NCBI GenBank assembly: GCA_002633005.1
Contig: NMRA01000652.1
Span: 24,999-73,513 of the forward strand
Source: Phoronis australis
Lineage: Eukaryota; Animalia; Phoronida
Reading direction: 5' to 3'
DNA: 48,515 nucleotides
Made by a program: the position numbers and the translations under genes. Shown piece after piece: positions 12,020 through 22,202 of this stretch (the stretch's first letter is position 1; the number at the start of each line of letters is the position of its first letter). A model generated the notes under the pieces. It worked only from the letters and a program-made list of their open reading frames with translations, was not told the DNA's origin and did not search any database.

Positions 12020-12800
12020 CGCTTTGGCTTTTACTAGCAATCTCTTTTGTCAAAATAACTCATATCACGAGCCTTGCTCGACTGGAGCAAAGGGGGTTTC
12101 CAAGAAGCATACCAACACCCACAGTTACTAGATGTAAGAGCTTCTGATTGGTAAGTAGGTAAAAACAATGTATTTTGACACTTGACCATATTTTGACTCG
12201 TTTTCTTCAGTGCTATGGTTTGCTATGTTTTTTTACAAAAAATGCTATATGGTTAGAGCAAAAATGGCTGACATGTATGCAAACTGAGCAGGATGACCCC
12301 AACGGCTTTCTGCAAGAAGGGAAGATGTGCTCGCTAACGGTTGGACAATGTCCACTCTCTCTGATCAACTAATGTCTAACATGCTGTGGAAAGCAATGCC
12401 AAGTAACGTGGTTCTTTAGAATTTCCCAGCGCTGTGGGCTAGAACAGAACTCGCTGTGTAGTTCCCTAACAGTTCCAAAATGTAATTGATAGCTTGTGGA
12501 TCACTTTCAGCAGTATGGACTCCACACAGGTTAAGACTATGACAAGCACAAGGTGATACACATAGGTAAGAGACAACTCCTCGATGTATGAGGTTGTGCG
12601 TCTTTATGTCCACCAGTCATGTTACTACATTTGCTATAGCGCTGGCTTGACAATCTTCGACTGGTACACCATTCTTATCCAAGAATCACTGCAAGTTTAG
12701 CCTTGCCAGTTTTTGCCACTCTAGAAATCTCACATTTCTGATCCCTCAATCACCTTCTCCCACCACTGCCCAGAGATAAACAAACTGGTTCCAAAACTTT
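12020..12800 (-). pseudogene. hAT (ZMYM1-like) transposase remnant
   Basis: SPCACHSLNLCGVHTAES (CxxH motif), SQRYSKCSNMTG (GQ.YD..NM.G-like) and an ERFL motif, with many disablements. Confidence 0.8.
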
Positions 12801-14489
12801 GTGTTAGGAAACGATAATAATCTACATAAAACAGTCAGCTTAATATGCAATTTTGCAAAAAAAAACATTTTGATGTTGAAATTTTTCATATCTCTCCAAT
12901 ACTTCGAACTTGACTTAAAATTACGGAATTTGGGATGCAGGGTGTTACACTTTGTCTCGAAATCTCCAATTTCTACTCGAAATTATAGTTCAAGTCTTGG
13001 GGTCATCAAATGCGATCTTGTAAAGGACGCTCATTTACGTAAACCATAATATATTAGAGAACAGAATAATAGACAATAAACCTCAGCTTATATTAAGAGA
13101 GATCGGAAACTCAGTTTTTTCCAGTTCGATCTTGATTAAAAAGATTCGAACCTAGACCCGATGCCGTTGCGTTTTCCGCTGTAATTTTTGCTGCCTTTTT
13201 GTGACATCATTTGTGTCGATTGACAAATATTTTTTACTTCACGGAGTTTTTATCGTGCATACTGAAAATAATCGCGGCCAGGAAATACTTGTAAAAACCA
13301 GGCGTAATTTTCAATTACCACAAAACGTTAAAATCAATTCTGCCAATGGCAAAAATTAAATCCAATCTGATTAAAATACTTTTATTTCACGTTTAAACAG
13401 AAAGCGAAAAAGAAATTCACCTTTATTAGCCTCATAAAGAGTGTATTAAAGCCACCAATGAGGCGGAAATAGACCCAGGTTTCGTCGAAAAAACTAACTT
13501 TTGATTTTAAAAAAATAACGTTATAAAATTGGTCTCAAATTGCTCCTTACTTTAATGAGAAATGGTTTTTGGTATTGCAAAGAGCTGAAAATTTGTTATT
13601 GCGCGAAACCATGTTCGGCAAACAAAATGACACGGCGTGACAATTCAAGTTTCAAGAGGTAACGACCTGTCAGATCTTTTCAACCTCAAAAATCACATCT
13701 GTTTTAACGAAGGGGAAATTTGAGCTCAATCTCACAACGGTAGGTGGTCTAGATTAAGTTTAGTGCTTAAAGATAAATGATTCAAAATAATCAATGTTCC
13801 AACTATCCGTGCGCAGGACCGTTTAAATACATTAATAACTTCTAAATACAATGAAGAAAGACACACGAGATATCTTATTACACAAAATTCTAAAATTTTT
13901 CTTATTGCACAGAACATTTAACTCATTTGAACTGTTTATACGAGTGACGTGTAGTATGCAACTGGTCTTTTTACAAATCTCCGAAAAGCATGCGTTAGCA
14001 ACCCAGACCAGAGATTTGACTGATTGCCTGGAAGTACTTCTTCAAAATGAGAAGTTTTTCGTCTAACTTTCAGATTGCATTTCAGCAGATAACAACTAAA
14101 GCTAACTCTTGCCTACACGCTTGTGGACTAAACAAATTAACGTCTTAATTTCCAATAAAATGTTATCTGCACACGAGGTAAGTTTTGGAGCAGTGGCGGT
14201 ATTCCAAAACTCTTGGCGCTCTCCGCCGAAAGGTCGATCTTACGAACTCTACTCAACTCCCATGAACGCTGAAGTCTTATCTTGCTTGAATCAGTGCATA
14301 AGTCACTACTCATGCAATAATATGTAGTTGAGTAGTCGCGTAGAGTGCCGTGTCCAGTCGTAAATCGTAAATAAGTCGGCGACAATTTCCAGATGAACTG
14401 AAGTGAGTTGAGTAGTGTAGTATACCGTAAGACGGGTTATACTGAGGCATAACACATAAAATCATCTCCGGAAAAAAAACGATGCAAAA

Positions 14490-15542
14490 TTAGATCGAGG
14501 CCAGGGCTGAAGGTTGTACCTCGATTGGCGGTCGGGCGGTGAACATATCAAACTGTTCTGCAATTTCTGTCACCTCGCTCACCTCTGTCTGTCTTTGTTG
14601 CGAGTCGCTCCCTGATGGTCCAGTGATATCAGCAGCGTGGGTACAACACAGATTCTTAAGGTCCTCTCTGAAGTGACTCCCACTCAGAAAGTACATGTAA
14701 AAATTTCCAGAATGATTTAAATACGAAAACAACGGGACTATTTGCGGGAGCATTTGACGAATGAATCCCGTAGTATATTGGACGTATACAGAAAAGACAG
14801 TAAACGTGACAGATGCGAGTAGGAACAAAGCGGACGCACCCACAAGTAGTGACGTGGCGCCGCGGGTTTTTTTGCACACAGAAACTCGAATGTTTAAGTT
14901 TTTACGTCTTTGTAAACTTATCACCAAGAGGAAATTACAGGAAAATATTATAATAGTCGGGATAATGGAGTATATGGCCAGTCTGCACCACTGAACAATT
15001 AGTCCAAGGGTGCCCTTTGTTTTGTCACGTGAACAAAATTTGGACACACTGTAGGTCCAAAAGGAATGGACGTTGAGTGCCACAGAGATAAACCAGATAG
15101 TGACGATGAAGATAATGGAGCGCTTTCGTCGGCAAAACGTCTTTGAACGTAACGGAAAACTGATGGCTACCAGGCGATCAAAAGAAAAGAAGCAGAGCAC
15201 CCAAGCAGACGATATTTGTGACGAATACATGAGCCAGGCGGTGCTACAGCAAACGTATCTGTTCGCCAAAACAACAGGATATCCGCGAACTCTTTCAAAG
15301 TATATCACGGCCGAAGAAATAAGAGCAAGCAAGTCTGAAATAGTCAAAGCAAGAAAATAAACGTCAACAGAGTGTCCTCGCTTTCTTTTGATGAATACAG
15401 CCATAGCCAACGAGTTCCCAGCGATGCCAAAGGCGACCACTACAGCAACAAGATAAAGTGCAATTTTCGCGACAGTATGCACGTCAAAATCTTTGTCGCT
15501 GTTTATCGTGAAGTTCGAAGCGTTAGTTGCAATGCCATCCAT
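14490..15542 (-). CDS. Intronless rhodopsin-like (class A) GPCR, peptide-receptor-like / Srw-like, 350 aa
   Basis: Seven hydrophobic segments; N-glycosylation sequons NAS and NFT; TM1 GN; TM2 LTISD; TM3 Cys and DRLVAISFPL; TM4 W; ECL2 Cys; TM5 YSIIP; TM7 NHSGNFYMY followed by helix 8 FR. Intact ORF. Confidence 0.93.
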   Translation of the reverse strand: MDGIATNASNFTINSDKDFDVHTVAKIALYLVAVVVAFGIAGNSLAMAVFIKRKRGHSVDVYFLALTISDLLALISSAVIYFERVRGYPVVLANRYVCCSTAWLMYSSQISSAWVLCFFSFDRLVAISFPLRSKTFCRRKRSIIFIVTIWFISVALNVHSFWTYSVSKFCSRDKTKGTLGLIVQWCRLAIYSIIPTIIIFSCNFLLVISLQRRKNLNIRVSVCKKTRGATSLLVGASALFLLASVTFTVFSVYVQYTTGFIRQMLPQIVPLFSYLNHSGNFYMYFLSGSHFREDLKNLCCTHAADITGPSGSDSQQRQTEVSEVTEIAEQFDMFTARPPIEVQPSALASI

Positions 15543-16008
15543 TTCTCACAGAATTCTGAAGTGTTGCTGGCAACAGGCTAAACTTTCTACTGAACGTTTT
15601 CCTTTTCCAAAGGGAAAAGACTGTTGTCCAACAGCCCTTATAGTCGTTTTGGATTTACACGCAACAAATCACAGTGAAAGAAATCCCGGTAGAGTCTATT
15701 TCTTTGCAAAGGGTGAAAGCCATGAACTAACTAATGTATCATTTCTTCATCGAATGGCCAAGATCAATACACTATATCGCTGCGCCATCTGTGGAGGAAT
15801 GGCACTGTACAGGTAACATTTTTTCACAGTGCCTCACTGTGGAGTGTTGTTTATCGTGGCTTCTCATTATTTAAACTAATGAAACCGACGTCATAACATT
15901 CAGTCATTCCCATTCGTTAAAATCTGGGAAACCCCTTTCAGTTTACTGTTACGTAGTATGACGACCACCTTTCACTTGCACACTGTACCGATATGATAGA
16001 CATCTTCA

Positions 16009-17164
16009 GCCGATTTCATAAAGGTGGTTTAACAAAACCAGGTTTAAGACTTGAACCTGGTCTTCCTAAACCTGGTATAATTTTAGACCTGACGTGCATT
16101 TCACCAACATGGTTTAAGAGTCAGAAAGCCTGGTTTTGCTAGACCAGGGAGCTGGTTCAGTAAAACCAGCTTTAAAGTATCAAAGGCACCCCACTGTGTC
16201 GAGCTGGGTAAACCCAACAAAGAAACTGTTGAAGTGCTTCAATGAAACCTTGATCACATGGGTATACAATGGCATACACTAGTAGAATCAGTACAGACAT
16301 TTATGAAAAAGGTCTAAAAGCTTTTCTCATCAGGAAAATTGTAATTTCTGTGACCAACACACATACATTAAAGAACACGCTCACGAGTAGATGTAACATG
16401 ATAAATGCCCAAATTTATTTCCTTGTCATTTTAGTGTTTATTTTTCGCGGCTACGGGGGGGGGCAAGACCCCTTCCCGGCAACATTAAATCGGAGAACAG
16501 TGGAGGTGGAACTCAGACAGAAGAATCAGAGGATGCTGCCTTAAGTCAAATCCGATGACGCCCTGCTCGACCAGTCGTATTCTGAGGAATCCGCTGGACA
16601 CACTCCACCATGTACTGGTCTACGCATAGGCGGATCCAGGGGCAAGGGGTCCGGAGCCCCTCTTTTCCCTTGATTTTAGTGATATCAAATCTATAATTAA
16701 TTTTCAAATTGTTGACTTGGTCCCCCCTTTCAAAAAGTCCTTGACCACCCCCCCCCCTTAAAAATCCTGGATCTGCTCCTGCTACGTTTGATCTTGATCG
16801 TAGTAAAACTGAATATTGTAAAAATAGTCCATTTTTGCTCTAAAACTGCGTCGCAAATGCACTCCGCGGCATCATTCAGTTGCACCTATACCATGCAAGT
16901 CTGACATATTTAACAGTTAAACCTGGGTCTGACCAAGTCTAAAGTTAAACATGGTTTAACATCTTAATACAGGTCTAAAGAATATAGCCCTCGTTGGTGA
17001 AATGAAAACTGACTTAGACCAGGTCTAAATTGGAGTTAAACCAGGTTTTACTAGACCACTGGTGTAAAAGTTAAACCACCTTTATGAAATGCAGATTATC
17101 TTTAAACCTGGTCTAAGTCCAGTTTAAACCAGGTTTAACTTTAAACCACCTTTATGAAATCGGC
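16009..17164. mobile_element. PIF/Harbinger-like non-autonomous element
   Basis: Perfect 24-bp TIR GCCGATTTCATAAAGGTGGTTTAA. 3-bp flanking repeats (CAG or CTT depending on boundary). Many subterminal AAACCAGGTTT/AGACCAGGTCT motifs. Confidence 0.85.
16626..16780. mobile_element. Nested MITE with 5-bp TSD
   Basis: CTACG|CATAGGCGGATCCAGG...CCTGGATCTGCTCCTG|CTACG. Confidence 0.8.
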
Positions 17165-17322
17165 AGCTTGTGTATAGGGTACATTAGTTCAGCCGCGATC
17201 CTTCGCATCGCCCTCGTGGCCACAGTGGCAACGTAAATGTCCACCAAGAGTTTGTGGTGTGTACGCCACTGCGCATGCCCGCCGAATTAAGCTTCGGGGA
17301 TTTTCATCATAGACTATAGTAC

Positions 17323-17980
17323 ACTCGCTGGTTCCCTGCGTGTCCGCTAGGGCGAAGGGGACCCCCCCCCCCAGGCATCGTTTAATTTTTCCTTGGGAAA
17401 AATTTTTACACCGGCGTTTCTGATTGGCTGGTCGAATTGTCAACAGGTAGTGCTTTACGTAAACAAACTGGCACGACAGATGTAGGAAATGAAAATGTGG
17501 ATGTTGTTTGTGGTCTGTTGCCACAGATAAATCGGTGGTTAATTGGGATATTTTCACGAAATGTGAATCGGAAAGTTGTGTGTCGATATGCATTTTTCTT
17601 CTGTCGCTGATCTTTGTTTACGTTGCTGCCCTGCATCCAAAAACAACACTCTACTAGCATATTGACTGCATCGTAAACAAAATTCAGTGACGGTAGAAAA
17701 ATGTACATCGAAAAGGCACAACCACAACTTTCCGATTCACATGTTTTGAACATATCCCAGTTAAGCAGGGCTAATTTTTCTGTACAAGAGACGACACACT
17801 ATGCTATACCTACATATTTCCTGTATCATTCCGGACATACCGGTTTGTTTACACGTATAAAGCGCTACCTTTTGGTAATTGGACCAGCCAATCAGGAACG
17901 CCGGTGTAAATTTCCCCGGGGAAATTTAAATGATACCTGCGTGTCACTGGCGGACACTCAGGGGGCCCACGTTTTCGAGT
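17323..17980. mobile_element. Foldback MITE, same family as 7647-8201
   Basis: Starts ACTCGCTGGTTCCCTGCGTG. Arms ~17380-17620 and ~17700-17940 are long imperfect inverted repeats. Confidence 0.8.
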
Positions 17981-18444
17981 AATGCATGTGTGGCTTATGC
18001 GGGGTGGAGAACTGGCGTACGTTTCATAGACACGAAAACATGCCTACTGAGAGCGAAGCGTGTGATCGTGCGGTGGCTGGAAAAGGACATCATTTGCTTC
18101 TTTTCCAATTCTCCCCGGACCTCGAGTAAATAATGAAAACAAGCCCTTGATAATAAACTCACCTTATCAATTAAATATGAATATTACGGGGTTGTTTGGA
18201 CACAGAAACTTTCAGTTATTTACGAATTAAACTTTCATCCCTGGGATCTAATCTTTGTTGGTCAGCTGTTGCCAGGTGATCGGTAATAGGTGGAATTATC
18301 ATGTCACTTGGGATTACGTTGAGATTATGTCAGCAAGACAAATCGTGCTTCGGACCATGGCTGCGAAAGGACATCATAACAAGTCAGACGCTTACATTTC
18401 TTGTAAACAAAATGGGCGGATCTTACTCGTTCACAAACGACATA

Positions 18445-18590
18445 GTAGGCTAAAAAGTAATTTTCTGAGGTCAACCTCAGGGCGTAATCGCACATGCAAC
18501 TCCCGCGATGGCAGTCTAACGCTCTGCTGGTGGCATCAAGCCCACTCGATACTAAAATGGCAGAGTGTTTTAAGCGTTTTTAACTGGGAA
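18445..18590 (-). repeat. tRNA-like dispersed repeat (second copy at 29808-29950)
   Basis: The reverse complement aligns with 29808-29950 (ccagttaa..cgcttaaaa.actctgccattt...ccagcag.gcg...cgcggga...ctgagg). Confidence 0.65.
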
Positions 18591-19929
18591 AATCATCTGC
18601 CATGATTTCAGCGAATGTCTGGCAGGTAAACACAAATGCGAGAAATGGCAGTTTGTTATAAAATCATAAAAGTAGAACGATTGTGTTGTTTTACAGGTGT
18701 ACGTCTTGTCAAAGGTAACAACTTCAAGAAGTCCTACAATAATCTCAAAATATGTTTTTGTACGTCGGATTGAGACTATGAACTTGATCTCAAATTGTTT
18801 CTAGGTCGATTTAGATGATTTCAAGACTTTGAAAGTTCTCTCTTCAGAACAAACTCATAAAATTTGAGGTAACGGCAGAACTCAACTAGCCTTGTGAGTG
18901 CACGGTAAAGAAAGCTTTTGTGCTTACTTCTAATGAGTAAGCTTACAAGGAAATTTGGCATTTGCAACTTTCAAACCATCTTTCGTCTTTGAAATTTTCA
19001 TCATTTGGTGTTATGCCAACCTACCGTTAGTCTCTTAAATCTATTCATGCTTGCCGTTTGCGAGTAATCCAATCGGGAGGTGGAGATATCAGAGCCTCAC
19101 TCAGGTGCTCTACCAGAGACGCTTTGTGGTTGACCTATTTTTTGCAAATAGGGAACGTAGGTATTCAAATTCGAATCACCCAATAATGGAATTCCGCAGT
19201 AAGTCGAATTATTCCGAGGCTTTTTATCCCATGAAGGGTATTTTTTCAACCTGTATTTTCTTCAATTTTAAATTGCGCACCTAGCTCCGCGAATACACGT
19301 GTCGGTTAGAGAGTGTCTATTTAACTTACGCGTTAGCAACTGGACTTCGGGTTAGGATACTTCAATTCCGGCGGAGATAAAGATTTTGGTAAACCGAAAC
19401 ACTAGTGTTGATGATTATTTACGTACTGAACGTAATCTAACTCATAGAATTAACCAAATAGAAAAATGAACACACATCTAACACTAACCGAAAACAGCTG
19501 ATACTGAATGGAAGATAATGGCAGTTAGGGGAACTCTCGTCAAACCGAGGAAAACATTTTACTGCGCGGTGGTCATATTTATTCCGGTGGATTAAGTGTT
19601 CCCATTGAGTTGCGCCGCTAACCTAACTGTAATACCGGCCGATAATTCCATCTTGATACCGCAAGTTAGTCCGGTAGTAAGTGGCCTTTCTCATACAAGT
19701 TAGGCCGCTTGCGGTCAGTATTAGGCAGGTGGAATTACATAGGTAATAGACCAGGATCCCAGAGCTTTTTCATGTTTTGGGCATGAACGGGTAACCAGTT
19801 TTATTTGGTACCACAGTGATCCATGGGTATGTAGGAAATGGTCATCTGGCAGGTTCGCTGTGGTGGGCGTGGTCACGGGAGCCATGACAGTGGCCCTCTA
19901 AAATTGAGCCAGATCAATTTTTCTGGTAA

Positions 19930-20059
19930 CAGTGGTGCATTAGGATTGGGGGCCAATGGGGTGCGAATGTCTGACGGGCAAAATCCTGACTAATACTCAG
20001 TCTGGCCTGNCCCCCCCCCCCCCCCCCCCCCCCAACTCAAAATCCTCTATCTACCTATG
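19930..20059. mobile_element. Short MITE with 5-bp TSD and poly-C (contains an N at 20010)
   Basis: GGTAA|CAGTGGTGCATTAGGA...TCCTCTATCTACCTATG|GGTAA. Confidence 0.65.
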
Positions 20060-20119
20060 GGTAACCATTTAAAAATATCTGAGACACCTACTACTCAATT
20101 CATTGTATCGAAATTATCC

Positions 20120-20440
20120 ACTGCCAGGCAATTTCAGTCTTGAGGAACATCTGCCAGACGGTTTTAACTGAGGCCAAAAGTTTAGCTAGATCAACCCAAG
20201 GGGTCACCACCTGAAACTGGTTACAAATTATTCAAAATAGACCAATGTATCATGATTGAACACTGCCAGACAAATTCAGTGGTGGATTACCCTCGCCAGA
20301 CACGCCCAAATCGCCGAGTTGAGCTAGCCCAACCCACCAGATAACCGGTTGAAACCAACTGAACAACATTTACATCACTCCGCGTGGCGCAGCAGTTATG
20401 CCCGACAATTTCAGTGGTGGGATGTCCTTGCCAGATAGAA
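20120..20440. repeat. Degenerate ~140-bp-period repeat
   Basis: A gccagrcaawttcagt...gccagay motif occurs at ~20123, ~20264 and ~20401. Confidence 0.55.
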
Positions 20441-20859
20441 ATAACGGGGTCCCAAAATTGTGCTAGACCGTATCGACGACATTTCTTAAGTGCGCTCAAA
20501 AATAGTTTGACAAAGGAAACAAAAGAAATGAAGCCCAGTTATCGAAATCAGAAATTGTTTTCGATGGTGCCCGGGTGTTACAAGACAATGTCATGCTTTT
20601 TTCGTCTGAAAATATCACATGTGGTAACATGATATCATAAAGTGTTGGCTTACGAAGTAAATGAGGGTTGGGCAAAATTAGTTTTTCGATAAGCGCACGG
20701 GCATAATACAGCATCCGATCAGAACGCATGTCGAACTTCAGGTTCGCCGTCTGAAAAATTCACCCTAGCCAGACGTTTGATCTGCTTTTTATCATCCGTC
20801 CTCAAATTAGCCGACAGAGCTGCCTTCTTACCGGGATACGCCTGCATTCTAATTAACTC

Positions 20860-21930
20860 ATTTGTTGTTGGGATCTTCCCGGCCATAGAGATCCCATGTG
20901 ATTGGTCATAACATTAACAGAAGAAGAATTAGATCCACAAAGATAGATGGTTGTGCTCCCCAGCCAACTGCAATCATCAGCTGAGCGCCGTGCTTCCTCA
21001 AGATTTCGGCCCATTAAGCTCAGGATCTCTTCACACAGTGGGCCCGCAACAGCTGGTCGATGTCGTCCTAACTCCATTTTGATAACTATCGGAAATGCAC
21101 TTCAGCATAATCCATGTGCTGCTCTCCACAGCCTTCTGTCCACACACTCTGACCACCTTCCTGGAATGGTTGACACCATCGACCTTCAGGAACCTTCATA
21201 AAGATGAAGACGGAAAACCTCGACATTGCACCTCATGAGGAAACAGTTCACAGCTGTAATCGTTCCTCTGGATTTCTGTCGCTAGTTCTGCATACCGTAA
21301 CAGCTTACCCCCATGGGCTTCACAGAAACCCTCTTCCCATGCAACTGTTAGTTCACCAAGAACAAGATGTTTTCTCACTTCATCGAGCAACACTACATCG
21401 GGACGCAAATCAGACAGGAACAATCCCTCTGGAAGCGTCTTGTCTATTCGAACAGTCCAATGCCTATTGACAGTACATGGTCTCTTGACACTGTTCGTAC
21501 TTGCAACCCCTTGCGTGTCGAAATTTATCTTTTGAGATTCTTTGGATGGAACTACTGCACACTCAACTACTACTTCTCGTATAACATCTAGTACCATTGT
21601 GCCTGAACGTACATGTATATCATTTGCACGTGAGCCCCTTACTGCAGCCAAATAATATATGCCTCAAACTACCACTTCTATGGCAAAAACGGCAAGAAGA
21701 ATCTGTCCGCAAACCCCATCTCACCAAATTGGCAGGTGATGGCAAGACATCATATGATGACTGGATGAGGAACTTCACCAATCGTTCCAGCCGATGACCT
21801 GCTGTTCCAAACCATTCCAATTCAGCCACCATCCCTGTTGAGCCTGCTGCACAGCATGCACTAACCGACGCTCTTGCTCCATTTCCCGGACTTCTTGCTC
21901 ACGTAGTCTCCTTCTTTCTGACCCCCTTAC
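20860..21930 (-). mobile_element. 5'-truncated RLE-type non-LTR retrotransposon (HERO/NeSL-like)
   Basis: YDVLPSPANLVRWG, CCHC finger CRFC...LRHILFGC, and endonuclease motifs LRPDVVL...ELTVAWEE...KLLRYAEL...EVQCRGF, with frameshifts. Confidence 0.9.
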
Positions 21931-22202
21931 ACATGAATGTTATGCTATTTACTCGATAGGGCGCCGTCTTACGGGTAGTTCAAAATTGATGAATGCCACC
22001 CTTTATACGAGTCTGCCGTCTGAACGCGACACGAATGTGCTCCGATAAACTGTTCGGATTAGGAAGTGTTGTGAATTACACTGTAGGCGTACCAGTAGCC
22101 AGTGTCCACTGAAAACTTATGTTGTGATCCTACAGTGAAATTGTTGGTATAAGTTGAAGTTTTCACAGGAACAACCATGCGTTAAGTTATAAGCCGAAGC
22201 CC

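Noticed and set aside
14656-15816. Several short ORFs overlapping the GPCR
   Set aside because: Antisense or alternate-frame shadows of the GPCR.
17189-18133. ORFs of 67-134 aa resembling ORF 7988-8188
   Set aside because: The similarity comes from the shared non-coding MITE; no protein motif.
19280-19380. Possible tRNA gene
   Set aside because: Only vague A/B-box-like pieces; no cloverleaf could be built.
20010-20033. Poly-C tract as a G-quadruplex/i-motif feature
   Set aside because: It abuts an N, so its length is unreliable, and such tracts are typical of this MITE family.
20120-20440. CRISPR-like array
   Set aside because: Eukaryotic context, degenerate ~140-bp period, no cas genes.
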